From assembly GCA_038134595.1 (NCBI GenBank), contig JAYPVM010000001.1, positions 32,001 to 96,000 on the forward strand: 64,000 nt of DNA. Direction: 5' to 3'. Position 1 is the stretch's first letter. Every line of letters begins with the position of its first letter. Below, piece by piece: positions 29,587 through 39,465 of this stretch. Under the pieces are notes generated by a model. That model was given only the letters and a program-made list of their open reading frames with translations, searched no databases and had not been told where the DNA came from. The stretch comes from Pseudomonadota bacterium. GTDB taxonomy: Bacteria > Bdellovibrionota_C > UBA2361 > OMII01. The translations under genes were made by a program, and so were the position numbers.

Positions 29587-30225
29587 ATGAAAAAATCACA
29601 CGCCTTAACTGTTGTCTCTCATCCACTCATTCAACATAAACTCACTCTCATGCGAAAGGAAGAAACCCCTTGTTCGGAATTTCGCATGCTCCTCAAGGAA
29701 ATCAGCCTCCTGCTTGCCTATGAGGTAACCAGAGACCTCGAGCTTACAAGCATAGACATCAAGACTCCAATTCAATCCATGAAGGCTCCCGTAGTCAAAA
29801 ATACAGAGATCACCCTGGTGTCGATTTTACGAGCGGGAAATGGGTTGTTAGAGGGAATGCTTGAGCTGCTCCCATTTGCCCGAGTTGGTCATATCGGTCT
29901 TTATCGAGATCCCGCAACGCTTGCTCCAGTTGAATACTACTTTAAGATGCCACCTCAGATATCGAAGCAAGGCATCATCGTAGTGGATCCAATGCTTGCC
30001 ACCGGAAACTCAAGTATAGCAGCAATAGCACGGATTAAAGAAAAGACTCCTCAATCTATTAAATTCATGTCTCTACTAGCAGCGCCTGAAGGTATCGAGC
30101 TTATGCAGCAGGAACATCCGGACGTTCACATTTATACCGCCGCTATTGATACATGCCTAAATGAACACGGATACATCACTCCGGGTCTTGGAGATGCTGG
30201 AGATCGCATCTTTGGAACGCGGTAA
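29587..30225 (+). CDS. upp: uracil phosphoribosyltransferase
   Basis: [29 protein letters not shown]. Confidence 0.96.
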   Translation: MKKSHALTVVSHPLIQHKLTLMRKEETPCSEFRMLLKEISLLLAYEVTRDLELTSIDIKTPIQSMKAPVVKNTEITLVSILRAGNGLLEGMLELLPFARVGHIGLYRDPATLAPVEYYFKMPPQISKQGIIVVDPMLATGNSSIAAIARIKEKTPQSIKFMSLLAAPEGIELMQQEHPDVHIYTAAIDTCLNEHGYITPGLGDAGDRIFGTR

Positions 30226-30258
30226 TAACACGCTTTTTTTCAGTCTCGGCTATTTAGC

Positions 30259-31395
30259 TTATCTCGACTCAAGCAACTCGTCGATAATGTGAGGCTGACG
30301 ACTGGGCTCCTCATCCCATTGGTCACTCCATAAGTGAAGCACCTGGGTAGCCCCATGTGCTTTAAAGAGCTTGTCCTGAAACACATCTCTTCCTGAACCT
30401 CGCTTTCCGTCAGGACCTATTGAGCTATGGAAAAGATCTCCGTCACATTCAACGACAATTTTCTTCCTGTCTTTTGTGACGATAAGATAATCTGCCGCCA
30501 CAAGTGCCATGAGCGGCTGCTCTATTAATACATGTCCTCTTGATTCACAGTAGCGCCTCAGGGCATCTCCAACACTTTTCTCAAAGCGGGTATTACCATA
30601 GTAATCCTGTTGTCTTTCGAAGCTCTGCAATTTATCGACATAGGCCATCTCCTCTGGCTTAATAACCTCAGCCACAATCAAAGAGTGATAAATGAGTGTC
30701 CAATTTTCCTTTGAGAGGTCTCGTGAAAGATCTTGTTCTCTGACAACTTGATCCAGACGTTCTGGGTAGTCTTTAGCAATTGCCCATGCTGTTTGCGCCA
30801 ACGTCGTTTCATCGAGACAGCCCATTTTAGAAGACCGCCTCTCTTTCGTTATTTCGTTGATACTCTGCTTGGCAAGTTCTCGCGATTGAATGTCGAGATG
30901 TGCGGAAGCAAATAGCAGTTGGCTAAAGTCTCGAGATGAAGTTTTTCTATCGCTCTTCAATCGTTCAAAAGATCTTTCAAAAAATTGGCAGTGTCTGTAA
31001 CCGATATGCGAAAAGTCGCTGCATAGGTCTATAACATTGCGACAATTGTACCGACCGGTGTTTCCTAGAAAGTGATCCGCTACTTGCCCTAAGACTCTCT
31101 GAAAGGAGGATTCAAATCTTACCATGCGATCTTCCTCGCACAATCCTCGTAACGCCCTTACGATGCGAGAACTAACCACTGGCATCTTTTTAAAATTGGG
31201 CTTGGCGAGGTACAAGCGATAGGTGAGCGCTAAGTACTGTACTCGGTCAAGCACCTCAAGCGATCTATCTTGCACAATTTCCGATACTTTGTCTGAGATC
31301 AACGCGGGATTACTTGGCAAGTCAAAGCTTACTCTTGCTGTAGGAGGCGTTGGTAATGTGTCACGATGGAATTGTTGCATTACTCGAGTATACAA
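30259..31395 (-). CDS. helical-repeat protein with C-terminal RAP (restriction-endonuclease-like) domain
   Basis: C-terminal ADYL...KIVVECDGDLFH...GRDVFQDKLFKAHG..VLHL...QW; upstream repeats FSQLLFASAHL and LAQTAWAIAK. Confidence 0.65.
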   Translation of the reverse strand: MYTRVMQQFHRDTLPTPPTARVSFDLPSNPALISDKVSEIVQDRSLEVLDRVQYLALTYRLYLAKPNFKKMPVVSSRIVRALRGLCEEDRMVRFESSFQRVLGQVADHFLGNTGRYNCRNVIDLCSDFSHIGYRHCQFFERSFERLKSDRKTSSRDFSQLLFASAHLDIQSRELAKQSINEITKERRSSKMGCLDETTLAQTAWAIAKDYPERLDQVVREQDLSRDLSKENWTLIYHSLIVAEVIKPEEMAYVDKLQSFERQQDYYGNTRFEKSVGDALRRYCESRGHVLIEQPLMALVAADYLIVTKDRKKIVVECDGDLFHSSIGPDGKRGSGRDVFQDKLFKAHGATQVLHLWSDQWDEEPSRQPHIIDELLESR

Positions 31396-31671
31396 CTGGT
31401 AGCAATCTTACTCCACATCACCCCAAGACTATCCATATACCTGAAATTAATTGCTATTTTCTAAACATATCATCTATGCTGCCAGTCTCCTAAGCAGCTC
31501 TCTTGGAACCCTTTACCTCGGGCACCCATCTTCAAGCTTGTGAAAAACCTGCAAATAACTTGATTTAAGGACTATCGTGACGGAGATTTCTACTACGAAA
31601 TAACCACAGACCCCTTGCATTCGTCTTTAGAAACAGTCCTCGGCTACTGCGCGACTACCTTGTTTAGTCTC

Positions 31672-34251
31672 CTAACACCAATACGGTGAGGCATCCCCGT
31701 TAGAATCAAGCAATTCCAAGTGTTTTAGCAAGTCACTTATCGCAGGAGAATTTATAAATTCGATAAGGGCACTTTGGTCGCCATGGAGCAATGTATTAAA
31801 AACCAATCCCTGAAACTCCTCGGCAATATCCTCATGAGCAATAGAATCTGGCAAGAATGTTTGACTTCGGGGATGATCAAAAACTCTCCGAAACACTCGC
31901 GCCATCTCCAAGCGAGCCTCTCTAACAGTATCTGATGGAGTTAACAGAAAGCCTCCCAACAATACCGATATCCCGCTCCGACATTCCTGCTCGGACGCTT
32001 CAGGTAAATCTTTTACGAGAAAGCTCTTTGAATATTCAAGTAAAGCATCAAAAACCAAGGAGCGCAGGCCAGAATGAACTTGAAGCTCTTCCCGTCTAAT
32101 CGCATCAAAAAACTGACTTAAGAACTCCCTTCTTGCCGGGCTTTCAGGATCTCCGATTAATCCATCAGACCACAACTTCAATCGCTTCGCATACCACGGC
32201 TGACTTAATGCCGATACGTCATTGCCGCCCATTCCATGTTGCGCGCGCAGAACTCCGTAGCCAGACAGTGTACAGGCTTCAAGATATTTCATTATCGGTA
32301 CCGGAAGCGAGTCCTTCACGTGGCCTGGGCTTGCATCATAAATCATCTCGGCAGCAACACTAGCCTCGAATTCCGACTGAACATCGTGCAGAGAAGTTCC
32401 TTCTACCTTTACAAGCGAGAGAGCATCATCTAACTGTTTGTTCGTAGACGCTATAAAATCGCTCGCATATGAGGCGACATCTAACCTTGAGCGTCGAAAT
32501 ACCAAGCCAAGGCAATGAGCCTGTGCTAGCTCATGTTTTTGCATAGTAGAGAGCAGTCGACCAGCCTCCCTTGCTCCAGCATATGAAGGAGGAAGGATCT
32601 CGTCGTCTTGACTTGGCTTGCCCACACGCCTCTTTATGAAAGTATCAGCATGAAACAGTGCATCAAAAACATGTGCCACCCCGAGAACAAACTTTCCCTC
32701 TATCGCTGTTTCCTGCGTAGGACGAATAAGCACGGAAATCCCAGCACTATATGACCTTAAGGTCTCCTCGAGTTCCTCTCTCTTTATCATATCATATGAT
32801 TCAAGTTCTCGAGGAATTCTTCTAGCCAGCTTTTTCGAGGCTTCCAAAAATCCATCTGCAATAATTGATTGATTGCCAGCGATATAATCATCAACTGGAT
32901 AGCGACAGATATCGGAACACTCACATACGTCTTCAGGAAAAAACAATCTTAGGTTTAGAGCGCTCTGTAGATCTCCATTTGCTATAAACTTATCAAATAA
33001 CGGCAGTAGGGTCCTATCGGCAAAAGACTTTCCTGACCTGTTAGTAGATAAGTACTCATCTAAAAAGATTCCACTGCGTTCGGCTACTTCACAAGCAGTT
33101 CGGGTGAAATCTAGTGGAAGACTGGCACCACTTTCCTTACATCGGAGAGCGGTACATAAAATTTCAAGTGTATCAGCATACGAGCGACCTAAGGCCTTCT
33201 GTAAGTATTCCCTAAATCTGGCCTCATAATATTCTATTGGATCGACCTTGTAGTCCATTCTCTGCTGTGTAGTTTTTGGCGCAAGCCTGCAAAAAACTGG
33301 ATCCAGCATAAGATTCTGCTCTTTATAGGAAAGATACTGGCAGAATACAGACATACTGTCATAGAGCTCTTGTAGCTCTGTCTCAATCTGCATATCAAAT
33401 GTCGGCGAGACACTACTCTGGCCTTGCGCTCCAGCACTCGAGGACAATGCCTTCTGCATCGTCTGCAATCTTTCCCTACTAGCCTTGAGGGCTCCGTCAA
33501 AAAATTGCACCGCTGACTCTATTGGAATCCCCCACGAAAGGTCTTCTCTTACTTCGTCCGAGCAAGCCTTCCACAATGAAGGTGGTAAAAAATAACCTTC
33601 TGTAGTGAGGTCCTGAGCAGTCTCAAGGAGCTTATGCTTATCTGCACTCATTTCCGCAGTAGTTGTATCTGCAATAGAAATCAGGGGATCTGTAAACCCC
33701 AATGCTTCCTGATACGCATGCGGTGACGCGCTAAATAGCGGGTCTCGATAGCCCCAAATAACAGAGCGACTGGCTAACATCTGCCACTCATTGAGTGCTT
33801 CTTTGTTCATTTTCTGACAAAGATTGCGGGCCACCGGTTGCAGCCTTTCAGCATATTGGCCCCCTTGAAATCGGTGAAACAGAAGTGGGGCTAGAAGAGT
33901 CGGCGCCAAATGCTCGGCCACAACACTATTACTCAGCATCGCATCAATAAAATTGCCGTGCCTACATATGAAAACATCAAGATCCTCGACGTCATATGAA
34001 GACTTCTCTAATTCTGGTGCATTGAGCGCTAGCCCGATGAGCTTTCGAAGCGGCGTATCCTCGGCCCTCTGCTCGATTTGGTGTGCTGGAGCTGGAATCC
34101 GAACAAGAGCCTTCATGAGATCGGCAAAAGGAGCACTAGCACCCGTGATAGAAGTAGCTACTTGATAAATATCACTTAGGTACTCTAACACCACAGCTTG
34201 GGTATCGCGCGTTGCGCGTGGAGACTTTTTACGGGACTGCTCGGGATTCAT
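31672..34251 (-). CDS. large hypothetical protein (859 aa), predominantly helical
   Basis: Long uninterrupted ORF; no motif I recognise. Confidence 0.75.
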   Translation of the reverse strand: MNPEQSRKKSPRATRDTQAVVLEYLSDIYQVATSITGASAPFADLMKALVRIPAPAHQIEQRAEDTPLRKLIGLALNAPELEKSSYDVEDLDVFICRHGNFIDAMLSNSVVAEHLAPTLLAPLLFHRFQGGQYAERLQPVARNLCQKMNKEALNEWQMLASRSVIWGYRDPLFSASPHAYQEALGFTDPLISIADTTTAEMSADKHKLLETAQDLTTEGYFLPPSLWKACSDEVREDLSWGIPIESAVQFFDGALKASRERLQTMQKALSSSAGAQGQSSVSPTFDMQIETELQELYDSMSVFCQYLSYKEQNLMLDPVFCRLAPKTTQQRMDYKVDPIEYYEARFREYLQKALGRSYADTLEILCTALRCKESGASLPLDFTRTACEVAERSGIFLDEYLSTNRSGKSFADRTLLPLFDKFIANGDLQSALNLRLFFPEDVCECSDICRYPVDDYIAGNQSIIADGFLEASKKLARRIPRELESYDMIKREELEETLRSYSAGISVLIRPTQETAIEGKFVLGVAHVFDALFHADTFIKRRVGKPSQDDEILPPSYAGAREAGRLLSTMQKHELAQAHCLGLVFRRSRLDVASYASDFIASTNKQLDDALSLVKVEGTSLHDVQSEFEASVAAEMIYDASPGHVKDSLPVPIMKYLEACTLSGYGVLRAQHGMGGNDVSALSQPWYAKRLKLWSDGLIGDPESPARREFLSQFFDAIRREELQVHSGLRSLVFDALLEYSKSFLVKDLPEASEQECRSGISVLLGGFLLTPSDTVREARLEMARVFRRVFDHPRSQTFLPDSIAHEDIAEEFQGLVFNTLLHGDQSALIEFINSPAISDLLKHLELLDSNGDASPYWC

Positions 34252-34395
34252 TGCTATCGATTACCTGTCCAAGATCACATACTTGCCTATAAAAACCATT
34301 CTCTCAATACCCCGTCTACAAAATGGGCAAGGTCACGGTGGCGCACTCCCCGAAGTTGATTGGTTGACGAATTTGTCTACCATACCGCCACTCAA

Positions 34396-34421
34396 TTATC
34401 GACCACTTACTATACTTTTGA
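34396..34421 (-). promoter_or_regulatory. possible sigma28/FliA-type promoter
   Basis: Minus strand TCAA-N14-GTCGATAA, about 145 nt upstream of the 859-aa ORF. Confidence 0.4.
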
Positions 34422-34494
34422 GCAAACAAAGCTAAAAAACAGATAAGAACATGTAGCAATCTGATCGCATATGAGCCAATTTAATGAGCTGGCT

Positions 34495-35349
34495 CTACCG
34501 TCCCGCAAAGTCAGTCATGATAGTGTCCGTTCCACGAGTACGAAAGTAGTGCCTAGTGGTTTTTCTATCTAACCTGGAACCAGCTAGATTTATTGAAACC
34601 AACACGCCGTGCTCATGCGCAAGTCTAATAGCATCTGCACTTATCCAGCGCTCCAATTCAACTCCCCAAACGCCAGTTACCAGCGCCTGTCTAAGCTGTG
34701 TCATCGAACGACATCGCGCAACAACTCTTACCGCTCTCGCAGGCTTCGCCAGTCGAATCATCCGTTGGACATCTTTTAATTGAATTACCACATTATCAAA
34801 TGCCCGCATCTTGGTAATAACGCGCAAGACATCCTGCAACAATGAGTCTGACTCTCCCTTTAAATCAAGCTGTAAAGAACTATCAGTTCCTTTAACAAGA
34901 GCCAAAGCATCCTGTAGAGTCGGTATACCGATTGTCCCCTCTCGGTTTAAAAAAACCTTCGCCCGTTCAGTAGCAGAAAGCGTTTCTATCCTCCTACCTC
35001 GGAAGATGCGGGGAGTAAATGAATTTTGAAAAGATACGGTGCTATCGTGAAACAGAAACAGATCTCCTTCTGCACTCCTTCGAACATCTACCTCAAGAAA
35101 ACGCACACCGGCATCAACTGCTTCTTGCAACGCTGGTAGAGAATTATCTGGCAATCCCCTGTGAAGATTCCCCCTGTGTGCCACTTCAAATGAGTCCAAC
35201 GAAGCCTGCTCCAGCAACGGAGGGACATCAAGCATCGAAACTCTTGGACAACATCCAAGCAAAACGACATAAAACCAGATACATGCTATGGAAAACACTC
35301 TTTTCTTCACAATGCGCCTCAAATGAAACATTACACAGCAAGCTCCCAC
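34495..35349 (-). CDS. glycerophosphodiester phosphodiesterase family protein
   Basis: VAHRG, PDNSL.A, LEVDVR.S.EG..FLFHD, IPTL, IMTD; start uncertain. Confidence 0.85.
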   Translation of the reverse strand: MGACCVMFHLRRIVKKRVFSIACIWFYVVLLGCCPRVSMLDVPPLLEQASLDSFEVAHRGNLHRGLPDNSLPALQEAVDAGVRFLEVDVRRSAEGDLFLFHDSTVSFQNSFTPRIFRGRRIETLSATERAKVFLNREGTIGIPTLQDALALVKGTDSSLQLDLKGESDSLLQDVLRVITKMRAFDNVVIQLKDVQRMIRLAKPARAVRVVARCRSMTQLRQALVTGVWGVELERWISADAIRLAHEHGVLVSINLAGSRLDRKTTRHYFRTRGTDTIMTDFAGR

Positions 35350-35455
35350 ACCACCCCAAGCCCCAACACGGACCTGATTTTGGTTTCTAGCACAAGATGT
35401 TTCGCAAGTTTCTATTTATAATAACAAGCTAATGGCTGCTCAAACAGCATCAAAG

Positions 35456-35929
35456 TCAGAGAGCGCTCCTCGTCCATGCAGTCGAAAGAGCATCTGCATA
35501 TTCATTCCACAACCATCCATTATGCGCCTTTATCCACTGAAGCTTTACCCCAGGTTTGGCCTTGTGCAGTGCATATAACTCTTGAACGAGCTCAAGATTA
35601 GCTATCGGACCCGAGCTACGTCTCCACCCTCTTCGCTCCCATGAAGGTGCCCATTCATTGATTGTTTTTACACAAAGCTGACTATCGGAATGAATCGTGA
35701 CAGTAGCGTCGGCTGGCAGCATCGTAAACGCTTTGATGAGCGCAGTAAGCTCCATTCTGTTATTCGTTGTATCGGCATCGTATCCATGGTCTTGTCCCTG
35801 TATGTCGCCATCAACGACGTATACATATCCCCATCCACCTGGACCGGGATTAGGCTGACAACCCCCATCAGTAAAAACTCCTGACTGGGGACCTTCGGAA
35901 TACGCCTGCAATACCTCTTCAAGAGTCAT
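35456..35929 (-). CDS. rnhA: ribonuclease HI
   Basis: FTDGGC.PNPGPGGWG, TTNNRMEL, SDSQ, W.KAH.G..WNE.AD. Confidence 0.95.
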   Translation of the reverse strand: MTLEEVLQAYSEGPQSGVFTDGGCQPNPGPGGWGYVYVVDGDIQGQDHGYDADTTNNRMELTALIKAFTMLPADATVTIHSDSQLCVKTINEWAPSWERRGWRRSSGPIANLELVQELYALHKAKPGVKLQWIKAHNGWLWNEYADALSTAWTRSAL

Positions 35930-35950
35930 AAAAAATACTTCCTGATACTA

Positions 35951-36547
35951 CTAGGCGACTTTCTTTCGCAAGCGATTCATAAGGCCGGAGAACTCCTCTT
36001 TTCTGATTATCCCTGAGAATTCATTGCGATAGTTTGCAACCAGACCGATATTCTCAATTACCACGTCGTACACCTGCCAAACGTTATCTTTGAGAGCCAT
36101 TTTATAGTTTATGGGAAACTTATCACCCTTACTGAAGACTACCGTCTTCACAATTGCACGCGGAATTCTCACTTGCTCGCCCTTTACCTTAACCATACCG
36201 GGCTTTACCGTTTCGATTTTTGAAAGATATGTCCGGGCAAGTAGCTCTGAAAAAACTTCCGTAAATTCATTTTGCTGTTCAGACGTAATCGCTTTCCAAT
36301 TAGGACCAAGTGAGCGCTTTGCCATTTCAGCGAAATCAAACCTTGGATTAATGAGCTCTCGTAACTTCGTCCTCCGAATCTCACGCTGTTCGTCTGCACT
36401 ATAGGTATTAGCTATCTCAATAATAGAATCAACCGTCTTTTCCATTTCAGCGCTCGGCGAGGGCGTGCTTCCAGCAGGCTTTGCGTACGCCCCTGACACA
36501 GCGCACAGAAGCGTTATTCCCATAAGCACAATAAATTTCTTTATCAT
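35951..36547 (-). CDS. mlaC: MlaC/Ttg2D periplasmic phospholipid-binding protein
   Basis: FDFAEMAKRSLG..W, WQVYDVVIENIGLVANYRNEF; operon context. Confidence 0.9.
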   Translation of the reverse strand: MIKKFIVLMGITLLCAVSGAYAKPAGSTPSPSAEMEKTVDSIIEIANTYSADEQREIRRTKLRELINPRFDFAEMAKRSLGPNWKAITSEQQNEFTEVFSELLARTYLSKIETVKPGMVKVKGEQVRIPRAIVKTVVFSKGDKFPINYKMALKDNVWQVYDVVIENIGLVANYRNEFSGIIRKEEFSGLMNRLRKKVA

Positions 36548-36552
36548 TTGAA

Positions 36553-37188
36553 TTATTCCCTCTCTTTTTTCGTAGCCTTACTATCCACCACACTCGTAGC
36601 ACCACGCTCTGAGATTTCCTGTTCTAATTCGTCGGAAACAACTTCCGAGTCGTCATCAACCGAATCCTCTTCCTTGTCATCCCCGGTTAAGCTATGAACG
36701 ACCTTTCCGATGACGTCTTCGATATCCACTACTGACTCAGTCTCAAAAAGAGTTCCGCCCTCGGGAACAAACGTATCTGAGGCACCCCGTGAAATCTTAA
36801 CGTATCGGTCACCGATAATACCCTTGGTGCGTATCGACGCAATGTCATCATCTTTAATACGAACGGCGCGATTAAGTTTAAGAGCGACCCGCGCAACAGG
36901 ATCATTTAGGTTAATATCTGAAACAACTCCTATCGGAACCCCTGCGATCTCTACTGAAGCCCCATATTTCAAGCCAGAGATATTATCGAATTCTGCATAT
37001 ATCGTATAATTATCACTATCGTTTAATTCCAAACCTGCCAATCCTACTGCCAGATATGCTGCGGCCGCTACCCCTGCTGCGGCAAATAACCCGACAAAGA
37101 ATTCAAGTGATATGGATCTTTTAGGCACCGGTATTTGTGGTGCGTTGTCCTTATTATTGAATTTTGATTGGTCCATCAGTTCTCCCAT
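36553..37188 (-). CDS. mlaD: MlaD (MCE domain) protein with acidic tail
   Basis: AEFDNISGLK.GASVEIAGVPIG.V, ASIRTKGIIGDRYV; start may be ATG 37176. Confidence 0.92.
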   Translation of the reverse strand: MGELMDQSKFNNKDNAPQIPVPKRSISLEFFVGLFAAAGVAAAAYLAVGLAGLELNDSDNYTIYAEFDNISGLKYGASVEIAGVPIGVVSDINLNDPVARVALKLNRAVRIKDDDIASIRTKGIIGDRYVKISRGASDTFVPEGGTLFETESVVDIEDVIGKVVHSLTGDDKEEDSVDDDSEVVSDELEQEISERGATSVVDSKATKKERE

Positions 37189-37903
37189 TTAGAAACTGCT
37201 GTACAGCAGGATGCGCTGAGCTTATCAGATCCTCAGGTGTTCCTTCTATTACTATCTCACCTCCAAGGATCATAGCAACTCGATCTGATACCTGAAAGAC
37301 CTCCGGCAGCTCGTGGCTAATAACTATCCCTGTAAAGCCCCAGCGATTCTTGCAAGCATTGATAAGGTCATACACCTCCTGACCATCAAGGGGATCGAGG
37401 CCAGTATTTGGCTCATCTATCAATAAAATTGACGGTTCGGTTATCAATGCGCGCGCCATTCCCACTCTCTTTCGGATGCCGATAGATACCTGCTCCGGAA
37501 ATCGATGAAGATAAGGCGTTAAACTGAGGGACTCGGCCATTTCTAGTACCGCACTATGAGCACTTCTCGCACTTTTATGAAGTCGCTCTCGTAGCGAGAA
37601 CGCGATATTGTCATAAATCGTAAGGGAATCAAATAAAGCTGCCGATTGAAATAAAACTCCGAGCTCTTGTCGTATGGAATTTTTCATGCCCTCAGAGTGC
37701 GCATCGGTAATACTCCTATCACCCACAAAGATGCTTCCGCTATCAGGGGTCATAATGCCCATAATCAATTTTAAAAGCACTGATTTACCAACGCCACTAG
37801 GCCCGACGATTGCCGTTGTTTTGCCAGGCTCAATATCTAGAGATACTCCCCGCAAGACACACTGAGAGCCAAAACTTTTGTACACGTCGCGAATCGATAT
37901 CAT
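37154..37903 (-). CDS. mlaF: MlaF ABC transporter ATPase
   Basis: GPSGVGKS, LFQSAALFDSL, DEPNTGLDP, ISHE; operon context. Confidence 0.9.
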   Translation of the reverse strand: MISIRDVYKSFGSQCVLRGVSLDIEPGKTTAIVGPSGVGKSVLLKLIMGIMTPDSGSIFVGDRSITDAHSEGMKNSIRQELGVLFQSAALFDSLTIYDNIAFSLRERLHKSARSAHSAVLEMAESLSLTPYLHRFPEQVSIGIRKRVGMARALITEPSILLIDEPNTGLDPLDGQEVYDLINACKNRWGFTGIVISHELPEVFQVSDRVAMILGGEIVIEGTPEDLISSAHPAVQQFLNGRTDGPIKIQ

Positions 37904-37908
37904 ATGCG

Positions 37909-38700
37909 CTACTGCATGAACACTCGCGTAAGAACACTTGTCAGGAAGTAATCAACGATTAATACCGCTACAGAGGCCGTTACCACCGATTGAGTCGTCG
38001 CCTTGTTTACACCCTGCGCTCCAAAACCACACGTATACCCCTTGTAGCAACTCACCCATCCAAAAATGAGACCAAATACGACTGCTTTAATGAAGCCTGA
38101 ATATACATCTACAAGGCCAACTGCGGACTCAATCTGAGACATAAATGTGCCAGAGCTAAGACCCAAAAGTCCAACCGCAACGATGTAGCCCCCAAAGATA
38201 CCAACTACATTAAACATCCCACACAGCAGAGGCATCGCTATCACACCTGCAACAAGCCGAGGAGCCATAAGATACCGAATCGGATCAACGGCCATGGAGC
38301 GTAATGCATCTATCTGCTCGGTGATGCGCATTATTCCAACTTCTGCAGTAACTGCAGAGCCAGCTCGACCAATTACCATAAGTGCGGTCAAAACAGGGCC
38401 AAGTTCCCTGATTAAACTAAGGGCAACTGCCGGACCGGTATACGCATTGGCTCCAAACTTTGACAGAGTATACTCCCCTTGAACCGCCAAAACAGCTCCC
38501 GTAAACAGCCCTATAAGGCCAATCACCAATGACGAATTAACACCTATTTGGAGGACCTGTTGAAAATACAAATAAGGTCGAAATGGAGGTCGAAAAAGAG
38601 CCGAGAGAATTCGAACTAAAAATATACAGGACTTTCCCCAACGCTCAGTCGTCTCAATAACAAACGAGCCAAACTGCTCCGTAGTTCTTACGATGTTCAT
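37909..38700 (-). CDS. mlaE: MlaE ABC transporter permease
   Basis: LIRELGPVLTAL..GRAGSA.TAE.G.MRITEQIDAL; ATG 38700 preferred. Confidence 0.93.
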   Translation of the reverse strand: MNIVRTTEQFGSFVIETTERWGKSCIFLVRILSALFRPPFRPYLYFQQVLQIGVNSSLVIGLIGLFTGAVLAVQGEYTLSKFGANAYTGPAVALSLIRELGPVLTALMVIGRAGSAVTAEVGIMRITEQIDALRSMAVDPIRYLMAPRLVAGVIAMPLLCGMFNVVGIFGGYIVAVGLLGLSSGTFMSQIESAVGLVDVYSGFIKAVVFGLIFGWVSCYKGYTCGFGAQGVNKATTQSVVTASVAVLIVDYFLTSVLTRVFMQ

Positions 38701-38707
38701 AGACTGC

Positions 38708-39310
38708 TTATCCGATCTGGGACCGCTTGAATCCAAGTCCTATAACATAAAATTCATTCGAAGTCTTACGCGTAGATTTGAGTTCGGTTCGAATCAGCTT
38801 ATTAAACATCGGTCGAGCACTTTTCACAAATGTTTCTACTTGCCCACCTTTAAAAACCTTCGCCGCAAAATTTCCTCCCTCACATAGAAACTGTTGCGCA
38901 ACGTAGAGTGCCAACTCAGCACATGCAACCGTACCTGCCTGGTCAGCCTCCTTTATTCCTGTTAGCTTCGGCGACATATCGGAGATGACACAATCAAACA
39001 AAGGTTCATCCGCTTTTAGTAATGACGCCAAATCTCGAGCATCCCCTTCAAGCAAGGTACAGCGAGGATCATCGATGGGGTCAACTGCCTGCAGATCAAT
39101 TCCCACAACAGTACCCCGCTGACCAACATACTCGAGCGAAACCTGCGTCCAGCCACCCGGCCAAGCCCCAACATCAAGCACACGCCCCCCCTTGGGAATA
39201 ATGCTATATGACTTCTGTATCTCTTTTAGTTTATACGCGGCTCTGGAGCGATATCCGGACTCTTTTGCTTTCTGATAGAGGTGATCTTTTCGATTATACT
39301 TAGATGACAT
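38708..39310 (-). CDS. rlmE: 23S rRNA Um2552 methyltransferase RlmE/FtsJ
   Basis: GYRSRAAYKL, LDVGAWPGGW, ISDMSP, KVF, S.EFY; ATG 39310 preferred. Confidence 0.93.
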   Translation of the reverse strand: MSSKYNRKDHLYQKAKESGYRSRAAYKLKEIQKSYSIIPKGGRVLDVGAWPGGWTQVSLEYVGQRGTVVGIDLQAVDPIDDPRCTLLEGDARDLASLLKADEPLFDCVISDMSPKLTGIKEADQAGTVACAELALYVAQQFLCEGGNFAAKVFKGGQVETFVKSARPMFNKLIRTELKSTRKTSNEFYVIGLGFKRSQIG

Positions 39311-39317
39311 GACATAA

Positions 39318-39346
39318 AGCCTAGCAATCTCTGCGCTAAATTGCAC
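39318..39346 (-). promoter_or_regulatory. sigma70-type promoter of rlmE-mla operon (extended -10)
   Basis: GTGCAA-N17-TAGGCT with TG one base upstream of the -10; ATG 7 nt downstream. Confidence 0.5.
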
Positions 39347-39378
39347 TTAGGCAACACTTAGCTTCGTAGAGCAGTTAG

Positions 39379-39465
39379 TTTTCCACACCCCGTCAGACGC
39401 AATAAGTAGATATATTTCAACATGTTATGACCAGCCAAAACAACTTACCCACATACATTTCCACA
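39379..39465 (+). promoter_or_regulatory. cluster of three co-oriented DnaA-box-like 9-mers with an IHF-like site
   Basis: TTTTCCACA (39379-87), TTACCCACA (39445-53), ATTTCCACA (39457-65); TTTCAACATGTTA (39415-27). Confidence 0.5.
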
